A stretch of 64,000 bases of DNA, from NCBI GenBank assembly GCA_965262145.1, contig OZ253501.1, forward strand, positions 2,148,946-2,212,945, in the 5' to 3' direction. The notes under the pieces are model-generated. The model saw only the letters and a list, made by a program, of their open reading frames with translations. It was not told the DNA's origin and made no database searches. Positions 1 through 9,654 of this stretch are shown piece by piece (position 1 is the stretch's first letter; each line of letters starts with the position of its first letter). The stretch comes from Candidatus Latescibacterota bacterium (GTDB lineage Bacteria > Latescibacterota > UBA2968). The position numbers and the translations under genes were made by a program.

Positions 1-2550
1 CCGGATCTCGCACGCAAGCTGGAGGCTGAACCAGATTTAAAGGCGGCACTCATACGGCTCGGTCTAAACGTCTACCCGACGGAGGACGATCAGACGACAG
101 GGCCGGAGTTGCTTGAAGCCTTGGCCGCTGCTTGGGACGCCCAAAAGGTGCCCATCCAACGATTTGACGTATTTCTCGGACAGGTACGTGAGGCATGGAA
201 ACATCTCGACCCGGACAAGGGACTCCCTAAGACATTCCTCGTCAAGACAGGCCGACGAACTTTCTCGACATGCGGATCAGATGAGTTGACAGATGTTTAT
301 CTTCCAGACAATCGGGACCGTACTCGATCGCTTCAAGAGCATGGAAAGCGGATCTTGGAGATGGACCCGCGCGACGCCACTCGCAAGGCCAGTGCACTTG
401 CCTTTACGAATATCAGACGGGCATTGAACCTTAAGGAGCGGTTTCTCATCGACGGTGTCCCCTGGACAAGGGAGGTTGACGGAATACCATCTCTCGAAGA
501 GACAGAGTACGCTACGTGGCTGCCAGTTATTCTACTCACCGTCGCTGCGCATGGAGGTACCAGCCCGACCGGTGCGACAACAAATACATGGCTCCAAGTA
601 GCTGACAGACTCCGGCGTACCCATGTCTTGGAGTGCGAGAATATTGTTACCGAGTTGGTCGATAAAGACCAACTCGTCGCCTCAATCGAGTTGACGGCAC
701 AATGGTTGCCCGGCGATGTACTCGCCATACAGCGCGATATGGAACTGTCGTATGAGAGACTCGCTCCAGCAACGCAGGCGATGCTTGATCGGCAAGACCT
801 CCTCAAGGACCTTCGGCTCGTATTGGGGGCACTCGCTGGTCAGGAGGTCCCGACACCAGAGCAGATCGAGGCGGCGATGGAGCTAGCAGAGATCGACGCC
901 CAAGCTCTTGAGGATATTCGCCAACAATGGGCCGGTACTACCAGCCTGCTGGTAGACCGCATCCGGCCAGTATTGGAACTGCTCGAGATACCTACCAGTG
1001 GGTTCGAGATGGCAGCGATGAACATCGAAAACCTGACTGAATGGCTATCATCCAACCTCCAGCAATGGCCAGCTTCGGAGATACTTTCGGCAGCGCGGCG
1101 AAGTTGTGATGACTGCACAATGGGCGAGGCTACTTGGCGCGCCTTAGGTGATGTCGCCGAACTTCCCGTGTGGAACAAAGCCCTCGCTACGCTCGGGGAT
1201 CAATACGTTGCCGTCAAAAATAACGATGTAGAGGAGCAAAGGGACGCCCATCTTAAAGAAGCCGCGCCATTGCTTCGCGGTCTTGCCCGCCACATCGCTA
1301 TTGAGGTGGACAATCCGAGTCTGTTCCACAAGATTGAAGCCCTGCACCAGAGTTTCAAAAGCGACAAAGATTGGTCAACGCGATGGTGGGAAGTGCCGTT
1401 CAAAGCTGTCATTGATAAGTTGTCCACTTGTTACTCCGAAATCTCTGGTGCCGAGCACTATCTGGAGGTGATTGAGGGAGCAACGACTATCGCCGACCTG
1501 CGCACCGCATTCCAAACGAAAGGTATGGCGACCCACCCCGACCCATACGAGACCGCCGATGCGAATAAGAGAAAACTCGAAGAGGTCATCCGTCAAGTTT
1601 ACGATCTTCACCGGGCTTGGGTGGAACTCCGTACTCCAGGCCTAATAGCACCAGAGCCTCCCGAATCACCTGACGAAATTGATTCAGTGGCCTACCTGCA
1701 CCGCTGGTCAGAAGCAGAGTTGCTTGAGCAAGCCTTATATATTATGGACGATTCCGAGTTCGTCAGCGCATGTAATGACTGCGTCAGTCTCAACGATATC
1801 CGTGAACGTCTTAAACTCGACTCCAAGGTCATTAATGCTCAACAGCAGCAGCGACTCCAACGCGAGCAGGAAATAGCACGTAAACGGCTACGCAAACGAC
1901 GAATAATCAATGTTGCTGGCGATCCCTTTGAAGTTGGAATGTCAAGCTATAGTAAGCTCTTCGAGCGTCTCAATAGTCTTGCTATTCCAGAGGGACCGCA
2001 CGCGAGTGAGGATGCATTAACGCCTCTATCAGCTACCCGCTTAATCAGGGGTAACTCGGGTGGAGGTTCCGCTGGGAGGGGCAAGACTTCTCATTTGCGT
2101 CCCTCGGCCGAGCATCGCGATCTGGTGGGTATCGTCGGTGAGATACACGCCTACCGCTTCCTGCGTGCAGAGTTTGGGAACGAAGTTGTGACTCGGGACG
2201 CTTGGGTCTCAGAAATACGGCTGAAAGTCCTGCCGCCGGTGAAGGGAGAGTTGGATAATACGAGCGATAGTCATGGCTTCGACTTTCAGTTCAGTCATCG
2301 CCGCAAGAATTGGTACGTTGAGGTCAAGGCGACGGCAGGAGACGATCCGCAATTCGATCTCGGGATTAGCGAGATCAATGCGGCGACCGGCCTTGCCCGG
2401 CGAGGTAGGAGATGGAGAATCCTAAGGGTTCGATATGCGCTGTCGGATCAGCCAGAGTTCGACTGGCTTCCCAACCCATTTGAGAAGAAATACAAGGAGT
2501 ATTTCCGATTGCATAAAGGCGGGATGGTGGTATCCTACAGACGTAAGTAG
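1..2550 (+). CDS. 5'-truncated large protein (continues beyond left edge) with C-terminal DUF3883-like (restriction-endonuclease-fold) domain
   Basis: Frame 1 is open from nt 1 with no stop before the annotated Met, so the gene starts outside the window. The C-terminal ~120 aa (HLRPSAEHRDLVGIVGEIHAYRFL...GFDFQF...WYVEVKAT...FDLGISEINAA...WRILRV) matches the DUF3883 pattern from memory. The 5' portion is helical with no recognisable motif. Local GC ~58% is higher than neighbouring genes. Confidence 0.55.
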   Translation, partial: PDLARKLEAEPDLKAALIRLGLNVYPTEDDQTTGPELLEALAAAWDAQKVPIQRFDVFLGQVREAWKHLDPDKGLPKTFLVKTGRRTFSTCGSDELTDVYLPDNRDRTRSLQEHGKRILEMDPRDATRKASALAFTNIRRALNLKERFLIDGVPWTREVDGIPSLEETEYATWLPVILLTVAAHGGTSPTGATTNTWLQVADRLRRTHVLECENIVTELVDKDQLVASIELTAQWLPGDVLAIQRDMELSYERLAPATQAMLDRQDLLKDLRLVLGALAGQEVPTPEQIEAAMELAEIDAQALEDIRQQWAGTTSLLVDRIRPVLELLEIPTSGFEMAAMNIENLTEWLSSNLQQWPASEILSAARRSCDDCTMGEATWRALGDVAELPVWNKALATLGDQYVAVKNNDVEEQRDAHLKEAAPLLRGLARHIAIEVDNPSLFHKIEALHQSFKSDKDWSTRWWEVPFKAVIDKLSTCYSEISGAEHYLEVIEGATTIADLRTAFQTKGMATHPDPYETADANKRKLEEVIRQVYDLHRAWVELRTPGLIAPEPPESPDEIDSVAYLHRWSEAELLEQALYIMDDSEFVSACNDCVSLNDIRERLKLDSKVINAQQQQRLQREQEIARKRLRKRRIINVAGDPFEVGMSSYSKLFERLNSLAIPEGPHASEDALTPLSATRLIRGNSGGGSAGRGKTSHLRPSAEHRDLVGIVGEIHAYRFLRAEFGNEVVTRDAWVSEIRLKVLPPVKGELDNTSDSHGFDFQFSHRRKNWYVEVKATAGDDPQFDLGISEINAATGLARRGRRWRILRVRYALSDQPEFDWLPNPFEKKYKEYFRLHKGGMVVSYRRK

Positions 2551-2732
2551 ACATAGATGGCTTCCTATAGCTTCGTAGCTAAAGGGCAGTGGGGACCATA
2601 AATTTGGTTAATTTTCGCCAGACCAATCGGCTTTAGTGTCTGCGCTCTATTGTTTTCTTGACTTCTATTTTTAAGTGGTTCATGCATGCCTTGTCGCGTC
2701 TTTTTTTGTTCGAATTTTCAATGGAGTTTATC

Positions 2733-3674
2733 ATGACCATCCAGGAGCAGTTGCACTACGAGCAGTTGAATGATGAGTCGCTGAGTTTTCTCAAAGCGAT
2801 TGGCGTTGACTATCTGACGATCAATCCGTCGATGGATATGCGCGATGGCAAAGACCGCCGCGCGTACTGGGAAGAGATGCGAGATAGGGCCGACGACCAC
2901 GGCCTGATTTTGCGCAATGCCGCCAGCTATGGTTGGGATGAATTTACCTTGGGTTTGGAAGACAGTGACGAAAAAATTGATGCCTGGTGTATGTTCATCC
3001 GCAACCTGGGTGAGGCAGGGATACCCACTTTGGGATACAATTTTAAGCCGATTGGCAATTTTCGCACAGAATCGGCGACGGGGCGCGGCGGCGTCAAATA
3101 CAGTACGTTTGATTACGACGAATGGGCGCGCGAGCGCGTGTATGTTCCCGATAAAGTGATCTCAGAAGCTGGCATGTGGGAAAATATTGAATATTTTCTG
3201 AAGCGCGTGGTGCCCGTGGCCGAGGAATACGGCGTGCGGATGGCATTACATCCGGATGATCCGCCCATCCCCGAACCCATGGGTGGGGCCGCTCGCATTG
3301 TATCGACTTTGAAACAATATCACCGCATCTTTGACCTTGCCCCCAGTTCGTGCAATGCCATGCTATTTTGCCAGGGTTGCGTATCTGAAATGGGCGAAGA
3401 CGTTTGTGAAGCAATCCGCGATATTGGCGGTCGGGATAAAATTGTGTACGTGCATTTTCGAGATATTCAGGGTACGCCGAGAAGTTTTCGAGAGGTGTTT
3501 ATCGATGAGGGACAAAACGATATGCACAAAGCGATGCAAACCTACAAGGAGGTGGGGTTTAATGGCCCGTTTATGATGGACCACACCCCCAGGTTCTGGC
3601 AATCGGGGACTGAGTGGGCTGGGCGCGCCTTTGCCGTGGGGTACATGCGTGCGTTGATTCAGGCGGTTTATTAG
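2733..3674 (+). CDS. uxuA: mannonate dehydratase (UxuA family)
   Basis: The motif PVAEEYGVRMALHPDDPP matches the UxuA signature and the product looks like a TIM-barrel protein. GGAG sits 6 nt before the ATG at 2733; the ORF-track start at 2658 is probably too long. The stop codon is TAG. Confidence 0.7.
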   Translation: MTIQEQLHYEQLNDESLSFLKAIGVDYLTINPSMDMRDGKDRRAYWEEMRDRADDHGLILRNAASYGWDEFTLGLEDSDEKIDAWCMFIRNLGEAGIPTLGYNFKPIGNFRTESATGRGGVKYSTFDYDEWARERVYVPDKVISEAGMWENIEYFLKRVVPVAEEYGVRMALHPDDPPIPEPMGGAARIVSTLKQYHRIFDLAPSSCNAMLFCQGCVSEMGEDVCEAIRDIGGRDKIVYVHFRDIQGTPRSFREVFIDEGQNDMHKAMQTYKEVGFNGPFMMDHTPRFWQSGTEWAGRAFAVGYMRALIQAVY

Positions 3675-3701
3675 GATAGGTGTCTTTAAAAGGAGAGCAA
3701 T

Positions 3702-4694
3702 ATGGAAAAGAATACAGCAAATTCTCAGCAGGTCGTCAAGGTTGCCATGATCGGTGCGGGAGGGCGGTCGCGCAGTGTACACTATCCCTCGCTGAACGAT
3801 ATGGACGATGTCAAAATGGTGGCCGTATGCGAATTGAATGAAGCACGTATGACCGAGGTTGCGGGGGAATACGATATTCCCGCACGGTACACCAATTATG
3901 TGACGATGATCGAACGGGAAAAACCCGATGTGGTTTATGCGATTATGCCACCGCATCACATATACGATCTGGCAGCAAATATTATGGAGATGGGCGTCAA
4001 TATCATCATTGAAAAACCGCCTTCGGTAACGACCGAACAGGCCAAACAGATGGCGTTGCTGGCAAAAAAGAACAATGTGATTACAGGCGTGACATTCCAG
4101 AGACGGTTTGCGCCGGTGATCCGCACGGGAAAAGAAATGTGCGAGAAAAATGGGCTGATTCACAGCGCGGCAACGTATTTTTATAAAAACGAAGTGGGCG
4201 GGCAACCCATTTACAAGGGGGCGCTGGAAAAACTGACCTGCGATGGCATTCACGCGGTGGATACCCTGCGGTATTTGTGTGGTGGAGAGGTAGAAGCCGT
4301 GGCGAGCGATGTGCGGCGATTGGATGCCACGTTTAGAAATATGCACACAGCTCTGGTGAAGTTTTCGTCTGGCGCGACAGGTGTGCTACAAAATTGTTAT
4401 ATGATGGGACGGCGGATATTCACTGTGGAAGTGCATTCAACCGGCATTTCGATGTTTGGCGACCCCGAAGAGGGAGGGCAGGTATTTGCAGATGGCAAAG
4501 TCGAGCCTGTGCGTGCGCTCGATCCCTGGGCGTTGAGCGAAAGCAAGAAGCCACATGTCGCTTTTGGGGCATATGCTCTCAATCGCCATTTTATCGATTG
4601 CGTAAAAACAGGGCAACAACCCGAAACAAATTTTGAAGATGCGGCAAAATCTATGGAATTGGTTGATGCGATTTACGATTCGCAAATCGGGTGA
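3702..4694 (+). CDS. Gfo/Idh/MocA family NAD(P)-dependent oxidoreductase
   Basis: N-terminal Rossmann motif VAMIGAGGRS..VAVCE with the typical EKP motif (IIIEKPPS). AGGAG lies upstream of the ATG. Confidence 0.8.
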   Translation: MEKNTANSQQVVKVAMIGAGGRSRSVHYPSLNDMDDVKMVAVCELNEARMTEVAGEYDIPARYTNYVTMIEREKPDVVYAIMPPHHIYDLAANIMEMGVNIIIEKPPSVTTEQAKQMALLAKKNNVITGVTFQRRFAPVIRTGKEMCEKNGLIHSAATYFYKNEVGGQPIYKGALEKLTCDGIHAVDTLRYLCGGEVEAVASDVRRLDATFRNMHTALVKFSSGATGVLQNCYMMGRRIFTVEVHSTGISMFGDPEEGGQVFADGKVEPVRALDPWALSESKKPHVAFGAYALNRHFIDCVKTGQQPETNFEDAAKSMELVDAIYDSQIG

Positions 4695-4728
4695 GATGTG
4701 GCAGGCAGTGATTGGGATAAATGAGGAA

Positions 4729-4763
4729 AGGCGGGATCTATTGCATCCCGCCTTTTTGTTTTT
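4729..4763 (+). terminator. Rho-independent terminator after the oxidoreductase gene
   Basis: Stem aggcgggat / atcccgcct with a 7-nt loop, followed by TTTTGTTTTT. Confidence 0.6.
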
Positions 4764-4845
4764 AGAATACGGATTGTCTGTTTGTGCGATTTCTCAAAGC
4801 CTCAGGTCATCGGTTGCGTGACATGGGAATTCCCCGGTGATGGTT

Positions 4846-5445
4846 TTATAACAGATGTCCATTTCCGCGTGTTCGACGTTTTACTTCGCGTAGGGTGACG
4901 AGTGACTTTTCGAGTGCATTGGACACGGTTTTGAGGCGTTCGTTGGGTGAAGTGCTTTCCAGAAGTGCTTGCTGCTCGTCGAGGGATAAGGTGAGATTTG
5001 CTGCGAGGATGTATGAGAGTACACCCAATTCCATGGCGGGTATTTGGGGCGATATCCAGCCCGATGAGAGCTTCAGGGCTTCGGAATAGAGTTTTTTGGC
5101 GCGGTTCCCCAAAGCAATGTCAAAGGCTTCATCGGCGTCTTCTACTTCTTCTACAAAGCCCGATATATACGGATGAATATCGTATTGCTGAATAACGCGA
5201 AAGCGTCGCGTCCCCTCAATTAAAATGTTCATTCGGCCATCGGGAAATCGATTGAGCAGACCGACAACACGCGCCGCGCATCCAATGTCTTTAAAATTGT
5301 CGTCTGTACCCCATACAAGACCAAATTCGGTGTCGTTGTCAAGGCATTCACCGATCATTTGCTTGTATCGCTCTTCAAAGATGTGCAGGGGAACACGCCG
5401 GTGTGGCAGCAGCACCATGTCGAGGGGAAAGAGGGGGAGTTCCAT
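4846..5445 (-). CDS. LON N-terminal (substrate-binding) domain protein
   Basis: MELPLFPLDMVLLPHRRVPLHIFEERYKQM is the classic start of a Lon N-terminal domain. The likely start is the internal Met (ORF track gives 5478). Confidence 0.65.
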   Translation of the reverse strand: MELPLFPLDMVLLPHRRVPLHIFEERYKQMIGECLDNDTEFGLVWGTDDNFKDIGCAARVVGLLNRFPDGRMNILIEGTRRFRVIQQYDIHPYISGFVEEVEDADEAFDIALGNRAKKLYSEALKLSSGWISPQIPAMELGVLSYILAANLTLSLDEQQALLESTSPNERLKTVSNALEKSLVTLREVKRRTRGNGHLL

Positions 5446-5458
5446 AGAAGAAATGGGA

Positions 5459-6355
5459 TCAGGGGGCAGGTTTTTCAACGGTGTTTAAGAGCATATCGAG
5501 CAATTTTTGGGTGGCGATTGACAAACTGCGTCCTTTGCGAAAGAGGATACCCAACGGCCGATCAAAATCTCGTTCTACAAAGTGCAGGCATGAAAGGGTG
5601 TTGCGAGCGAGTTCTTGCTCAATGGCATTGAGTGGCACAATAGAGATGCCAATATCGACTTCTACGGCGTGTTTGATGGTGGCGATGTGATCGAGTTCCA
5701 TGACGATATTGGGGCGTATTTTGTGTTTTTTTAAGAACTGATCAATCGCACGCCTCGTTGGAGTTTCGGGGGTAAAGAGAACCAACGGAAATTTGTTGAG
5801 TTCTTGTGGCACGAATGCGTTGCGAGAGGCCAATTCATGCCCGGGATGCATGGCCACGACCATCTTGTCTCGTGTAAAGGGAATCACATCTACATTGCGC
5901 AGGGTGCGGGGGTAAGACACAATGCCCAAATCGACTTCGCCATTGCCGACATCGTCATAAATTTTCTTTACCTGATCGTATTGGAGACGGAAATTAACCT
6001 TGGGATAGGCTTTGAGATAGGTTTTGAGATAGGGCGTGAGTTCGAGCATTCCCACGCTGTAAATAGATGCCAGACGAACAGTTCCCGAAACCACCCCACC
6101 CAGAGCCTGGATGCGATGTTCCATTTCTTCGTAGCGTCGGACAATTTCTCGAGCGTAGGAATAAAAAATTTCGCCTTCTGCAGTGAGTGTCAGCCGTCTT
6201 TTTTCTCGTTCGATGAGTTGTTTGCCCTGACGTTTTTCAATGCTTTTGAGTTGCTGGCTTACCGCGGATTGGGTAACGGAATTGAGGATAGCTGTTTTGG
6301 AAAAACTCTGTGTTTCAATCAGGTCGCAGAAAACTTTTAAACTTGTAATCAGCAA
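5459..6355 (-). CDS. LysR-family transcriptional regulator
   Basis: N-terminal HTH (SFSKTAILNSVTQSAVSQQLKSIE) followed by a LysR substrate-binding domain. It is divergent from accD. Confidence 0.85.
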   Translation of the reverse strand: MLITSLKVFCDLIETQSFSKTAILNSVTQSAVSQQLKSIEKRQGKQLIEREKRRLTLTAEGEIFYSYAREIVRRYEEMEHRIQALGGVVSGTVRLASIYSVGMLELTPYLKTYLKAYPKVNFRLQYDQVKKIYDDVGNGEVDLGIVSYPRTLRNVDVIPFTRDKMVVAMHPGHELASRNAFVPQELNKFPLVLFTPETPTRRAIDQFLKKHKIRPNIVMELDHIATIKHAVEVDIGISIVPLNAIEQELARNTLSCLHFVERDFDRPLGILFRKGRSLSIATQKLLDMLLNTVEKPAP

Positions 6356-6621
6356 GGGGCTTTCTCCATAGTTAAAAGTATAAGAGGATATAAAATTGTG
6401 AGAGGATGCAAATTAGGAGGGCAAATATATAAGAGAATTGAAACTATGTCAATAGAAAAACTGGTTATGGAAAAAAGTGGCCATTTTGGACAGCGTATAG
6501 AAACAATCGGAGTACGATCTTGGTAAAACTGATTGCCAAAACGCCAATTTTGGATTTGCTCTTGTAAAAAATGCCAGAACATCTTATACTTCAATTTGTT
6601 ATCGCTATATGGAGATCGCTT

Positions 6622-7491
6622 ATGAACTGGTTTAACAAGCTCAAATCGGGTATCCAAACGCTCGTGCGCAAGCGTATGCCCGAAAATATTTGGATCAAGT
6701 GCGAGCGTTGTGAGCAAATGGTTTACCGGAAGAAACTCGAAACAAATACAGGTATTTGCCCGCATTGCAAACATCACTTTCGCATATCCAGCACCGATTA
6801 TATCGCTGCTGTGCTCGATGAAAATTCGTTTGAAGAAATAGGCCGGGAAGTCAAATCGACCGATCCGCTCTCTTTTGTTGACCTACAGCCTTACCCAGAT
6901 CGAATCAAGGAATATCGCAAACGCACCAATATGGATGCCGCTGTGTTGGCTGGCGTGGGTAAGATCAATGGTGCGCCTGTGGGCATTGCCGTGCATGAAT
7001 TTGGTTTTATGGGCGGGTCGCTCGGTTCAGCTGAGGGAGAGCGAATTTGTCGGGTGATTGAGCGATGTATGCGCGATCAATTGTCGCTGATTATTGTGTG
7101 TCGGTCCGGCGGCGCGCGCATGCAAGAGAGTATTTTTTCGCTGATGCAAATGGCCAAAGTTAATGCCAAGTTGTCGCAATTTTCAGATGCGGGACTGCTG
7201 TTTATTTCTGTTCTGATAGATCCCACAACAGCCGGCGTAAATGCCAGTTATGCGTCGATTGGCGATATCAATATCGCCGAGCCAAATGCGTTGATCGGAT
7301 TTACGGGATCGCGTATTACGGGGTCTTCCGTGAGTGCCTCCGAGATGGAAGCCCTGCGCCAGGCACAGCGCGCTGAGCAAGTGCTCGAACACGGTTTTGT
7401 CGATATGATTGTTTCTCGAGATAAAATGAAAGCCACTCTGTCTCAGTTGGTTGAGATGTTGAGTAAAAAGCCCCCCGAGGTTACTTCATGA
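6622..7491 (+). CDS. accD: acetyl-CoA carboxylase carboxyltransferase beta subunit
   Basis: MNWFNKLK start, a Zn-ribbon (CERCEQ...CPHCKHH) and the carboxyltransferase core. The ORF track begins at 6571, but the conserved AccD N-terminus begins at the Met at 6622. Confidence 0.9.
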   Translation: MNWFNKLKSGIQTLVRKRMPENIWIKCERCEQMVYRKKLETNTGICPHCKHHFRISSTDYIAAVLDENSFEEIGREVKSTDPLSFVDLQPYPDRIKEYRKRTNMDAAVLAGVGKINGAPVGIAVHEFGFMGGSLGSAEGERICRVIERCMRDQLSLIIVCRSGGARMQESIFSLMQMAKVNAKLSQFSDAGLLFISVLIDPTTAGVNASYASIGDINIAEPNALIGFTGSRITGSSVSASEMEALRQAQRAEQVLEHGFVDMIVSRDKMKATLSQLVEMLSKKPPEVTS

Positions 7492-7931
7492 AGATTCTCG
7501 TTTTACAAGGTCCCAATATCAACATGCTGGGGAGGCGCAAAGCAGAGCACTATGGTAATGTGACAATGGACGAAATTCATGCGCATCTCAAACAAAAGGC
7601 GGATCAACTGGATTGCGAGATTGCGTGTTTTCAGTCGAATTATGAGGGGACACTCGTTGAAAAAGTGCAGGAGATGCGCGATTCTATAGATGGTATTCTT
7701 ATGAATCCCGCGGGGCTGACGACAACAAGTGTATCGCTGCGGGACGCGCTTGAAGACGCGGGTTTACCATTGGTCGAAATTCATCTGTCCAATATCCACG
7801 CGCGAGAAGCCTGGCGGCGCCATTCTCTGTTTTCAGAAATTGCGGTGGGCATTATTGCCGGATTCAGGTGGCGCGGCTATGTGTCGGCACTTGAGATGCT
7901 GGTGGGCATGTTGCGAGATTTAGAATCATAG
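7488..7931 (+). CDS. aroQ: type II 3-dehydroquinate dehydratase
   Basis: MKILVLQGPNINMLGRR...HLSNIHARE. Overlaps accD by 4 nt (ATGA). Confidence 0.9.
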   Translation: MKILVLQGPNINMLGRRKAEHYGNVTMDEIHAHLKQKADQLDCEIACFQSNYEGTLVEKVQEMRDSIDGILMNPAGLTTTSVSLRDALEDAGLPLVEIHLSNIHAREAWRRHSLFSEIAVGIIAGFRWRGYVSALEMLVGMLRDLES

Positions 7932-7964
7932 CTTTGGTTGTTTAACATTTTTGCCATAGACTTT

Positions 7965-7990
7965 ACGCCCCGAATTGCGGGCGTTTTTTG
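7965..7990. terminator. Rho-independent terminator between convergent aroQ and nucleotidyltransferase genes
   Basis: acgccc-cgaattgc-gggcgt followed by TTTTTT. Confidence 0.55.
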
Positions 7991-8044
7991 TTGGCATTGA
8001 CGCCAAGGCACGGCTTTGGCGTTGGTGGGCTGGCCGCTGACAGC

Positions 8045-8773
8045 TCAAGTTCGATAGAGGTCGAATGTCTTAATAAATTGGGCGATTGTTTTTGGCACGA
8101 GGTCTGTGATCGTTTCTCTTGCTTTGATGCGTTTGCGTACCTCGGTGGAGGAGATATCGCCAAAGGACGGGGGTAGCTGGAGGGGGTGGACGCAGTTTGC
8201 AAAAGGTACGCATTCGGGGCGAGTCATAAATCTGTGAAAGACTTCCTGTGAAGGGTTTTCGCGGTTGGCAGATACAATGTGGCAAAGTGAAAATAGCACT
8301 TCGAGTTCGGCGGGCATGTCGGTGTAATAGCGCGGATCAAAGATGCGTATCAGGGTGTCGTGTCCGACGAGAAAGTAGATTTGGGTATCGTGTAAAAAAT
8401 GTGCTCTGAGTGCGTGTGCTTTGTCGATAAAGCGGGCATGGCTGCATCCCGCAATTGACAGGCAGGTGCCCAATCGGGTATCAGAATCCGCGTAATTGAC
8501 CATCATGGCGAGGCGTTGGCCCAAATCTGCACCAAAGAGGGCTTTATCGACATTGGTTTTGGCGAGCAGGAGTACGATTTCGTCAAAGTTAAAAGCATCT
8601 TGTGCATGGTGTACAAGTGCCTCGTGGGCAAGGGTGAATGGATTGAAGGATGCGTCTAGTACCCCGATATGTTTTGGTTGCTGGGATGCAGCCCGATGTG
8701 CAAATTGTACCACAGGGGGACTTTGGGGGTCGAGGCTATCCATGAGGATGCGGTAGTTTTCGAGGGTGTTCAT
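8045..8773 (-). CDS. cytidylyltransferase-like nucleotidyltransferase, NadD-like (nicotinate/nicotinamide mononucleotide adenylyltransferase family)
   Basis: GVLDASFNPFTLAHEALV matches the (H/T)xGH-type motif and FGDISSTEVRKRI matches the ISST(x)IR motif. Confidence 0.55.
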   Translation of the reverse strand: MNTLENYRILMDSLDPQSPPVVQFAHRAASQQPKHIGVLDASFNPFTLAHEALVHHAQDAFNFDEIVLLLAKTNVDKALFGADLGQRLAMMVNYADSDTRLGTCLSIAGCSHARFIDKAHALRAHFLHDTQIYFLVGHDTLIRIFDPRYYTDMPAELEVLFSLCHIVSANRENPSQEVFHRFMTRPECVPFANCVHPLQLPPSFGDISSTEVRKRIKARETITDLVPKTIAQFIKTFDLYRT

Positions 8774-8901
8774 GGTGAGGGAAATTTATGTTAGAGGCAG
8801 ATGCGGGGCAAGAAGAAATAGCGATTGGTTCAAACTCTCCCAAAATCAGCTATTGGCGATTGGAAATGGTCAACCCGGCAAAGCCTGTGAGGATATTACA
8901 A

Positions 8902-9654
8902 ATGATTTACCGACTGTTTTTTATGGCACTTGTCATCCTATTTGTCAATTCCGTTGTGCCGTTGGCATCCGCGCAGGATGTGGAAAATATTGTCAAAAAA
9001 ATTGACGAACTTTACCGCAGTGCAACCAGTGTGGCGGATATGGAGATGCAGATTGTTACGCCGCACTGGGAACGGACGCTATCGCTGCGGGTATGGACGA
9101 AAGGGCTGAATAAAACTTTCATCCGCATTGACGCACCCAAAAAGGAGAAGGGCGTTACGACGCTGCGCATTGGCAACGAGATGTGGAACTATCTTCCAAA
9201 GACCAACAAGGTGATAAAGGTTCCGCCGTCGATGATGATGGGGTCGTGGATGGGGTCGGACTTTACGAACGATGACCTTGTCAAAGAGTCGTCGATGCTC
9301 AATGATTATACCTACGAGCTGATTGCGCCGCCTGACGGGAAACCAGATCATCTTTACATCCAGTTCATTCCAAAGGAAGATTCTCCGATTGTTTGGGGCA
9401 AGCTCATCACGGCTGTGCGAGTTGATGATCTGGTTCCGGTATGGCAACATTTCTACGACGAGAAGGACAATTTGATGCGGGTCTTGAATTTCAAGGAAAT
9501 TGTGTCGTTTGGCGGCAAGACAATTCCATCTGTGATGGAGATGGTGCCACAGAACAAGGATAGGCACAAAACGGTTATGCGTTATCTCAAGGCCGAGTTT
9601 GATGTGCCGATCGATGACGATGTGTTCACGCGGCGCAATCTTCAAAGGAAATGA
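8902..9654 (+). CDS. LolA-like outer-membrane lipoprotein-sorting family protein (signal peptide)
   Basis: Signal peptide MIYRLFFMALVILFVNSVVPLASA. The motif WNYLPKTNKVIKVPPSMMMGSWMGSDFTNDDL resembles the LolA-like family. It is the first gene of the operon with two FtsX permeases and an ABC ATPase. The start was moved to the Met with AGGA upstream. Confidence 0.55.
   Translation: MIYRLFFMALVILFVNSVVPLASAQDVENIVKKIDELYRSATSVADMEMQIVTPHWERTLSLRVWTKGLNKTFIRIDAPKKEKGVTTLRIGNEMWNYLPKTNKVIKVPPSMMMGSWMGSDFTNDDLVKESSMLNDYTYELIAPPDGKPDHLYIQFIPKEDSPIVWGKLITAVRVDDLVPVWQHFYDEKDNLMRVLNFKEIVSFGGKTIPSVMEMVPQNKDRHKTVMRYLKAEFDVPIDDDVFTRRNLQRK

Noticed and set aside
333-1611. Series of minus-strand ORFs (333-806, 840-1178, 1144-1347, 1200-1427, 1375-1611) antisense to the first gene
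   Set aside because: All are nested antisense to a long, coherent plus-strand ORF in a GC-rich region where spurious ORFs are expected. Their products are Ser/Arg/Cys-rich low-complexity with no motifs.
2551-2732. Palindromic tagcttcgtagcta-like sequence and possible tRNA between the first gene and uxuA
   Set aside because: No cloverleaf can be built (no anticodon stem or T-loop GTTC context). The arms are not true reverse complements.
3363-4346. 327-aa minus-strand ORF spanning uxuA and the Gfo/Idh/MocA gene
   Set aside because: It is antisense to two well-supported genes and crosses their intergenic region. The product is His/Arg/Phe-rich with no domain signature.
9079-9645. 188-aa minus-strand ORF inside the LolA-like gene
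   Set aside because: Antisense to a gene with a signal peptide and family motif; the product is His/Arg-rich low complexity.
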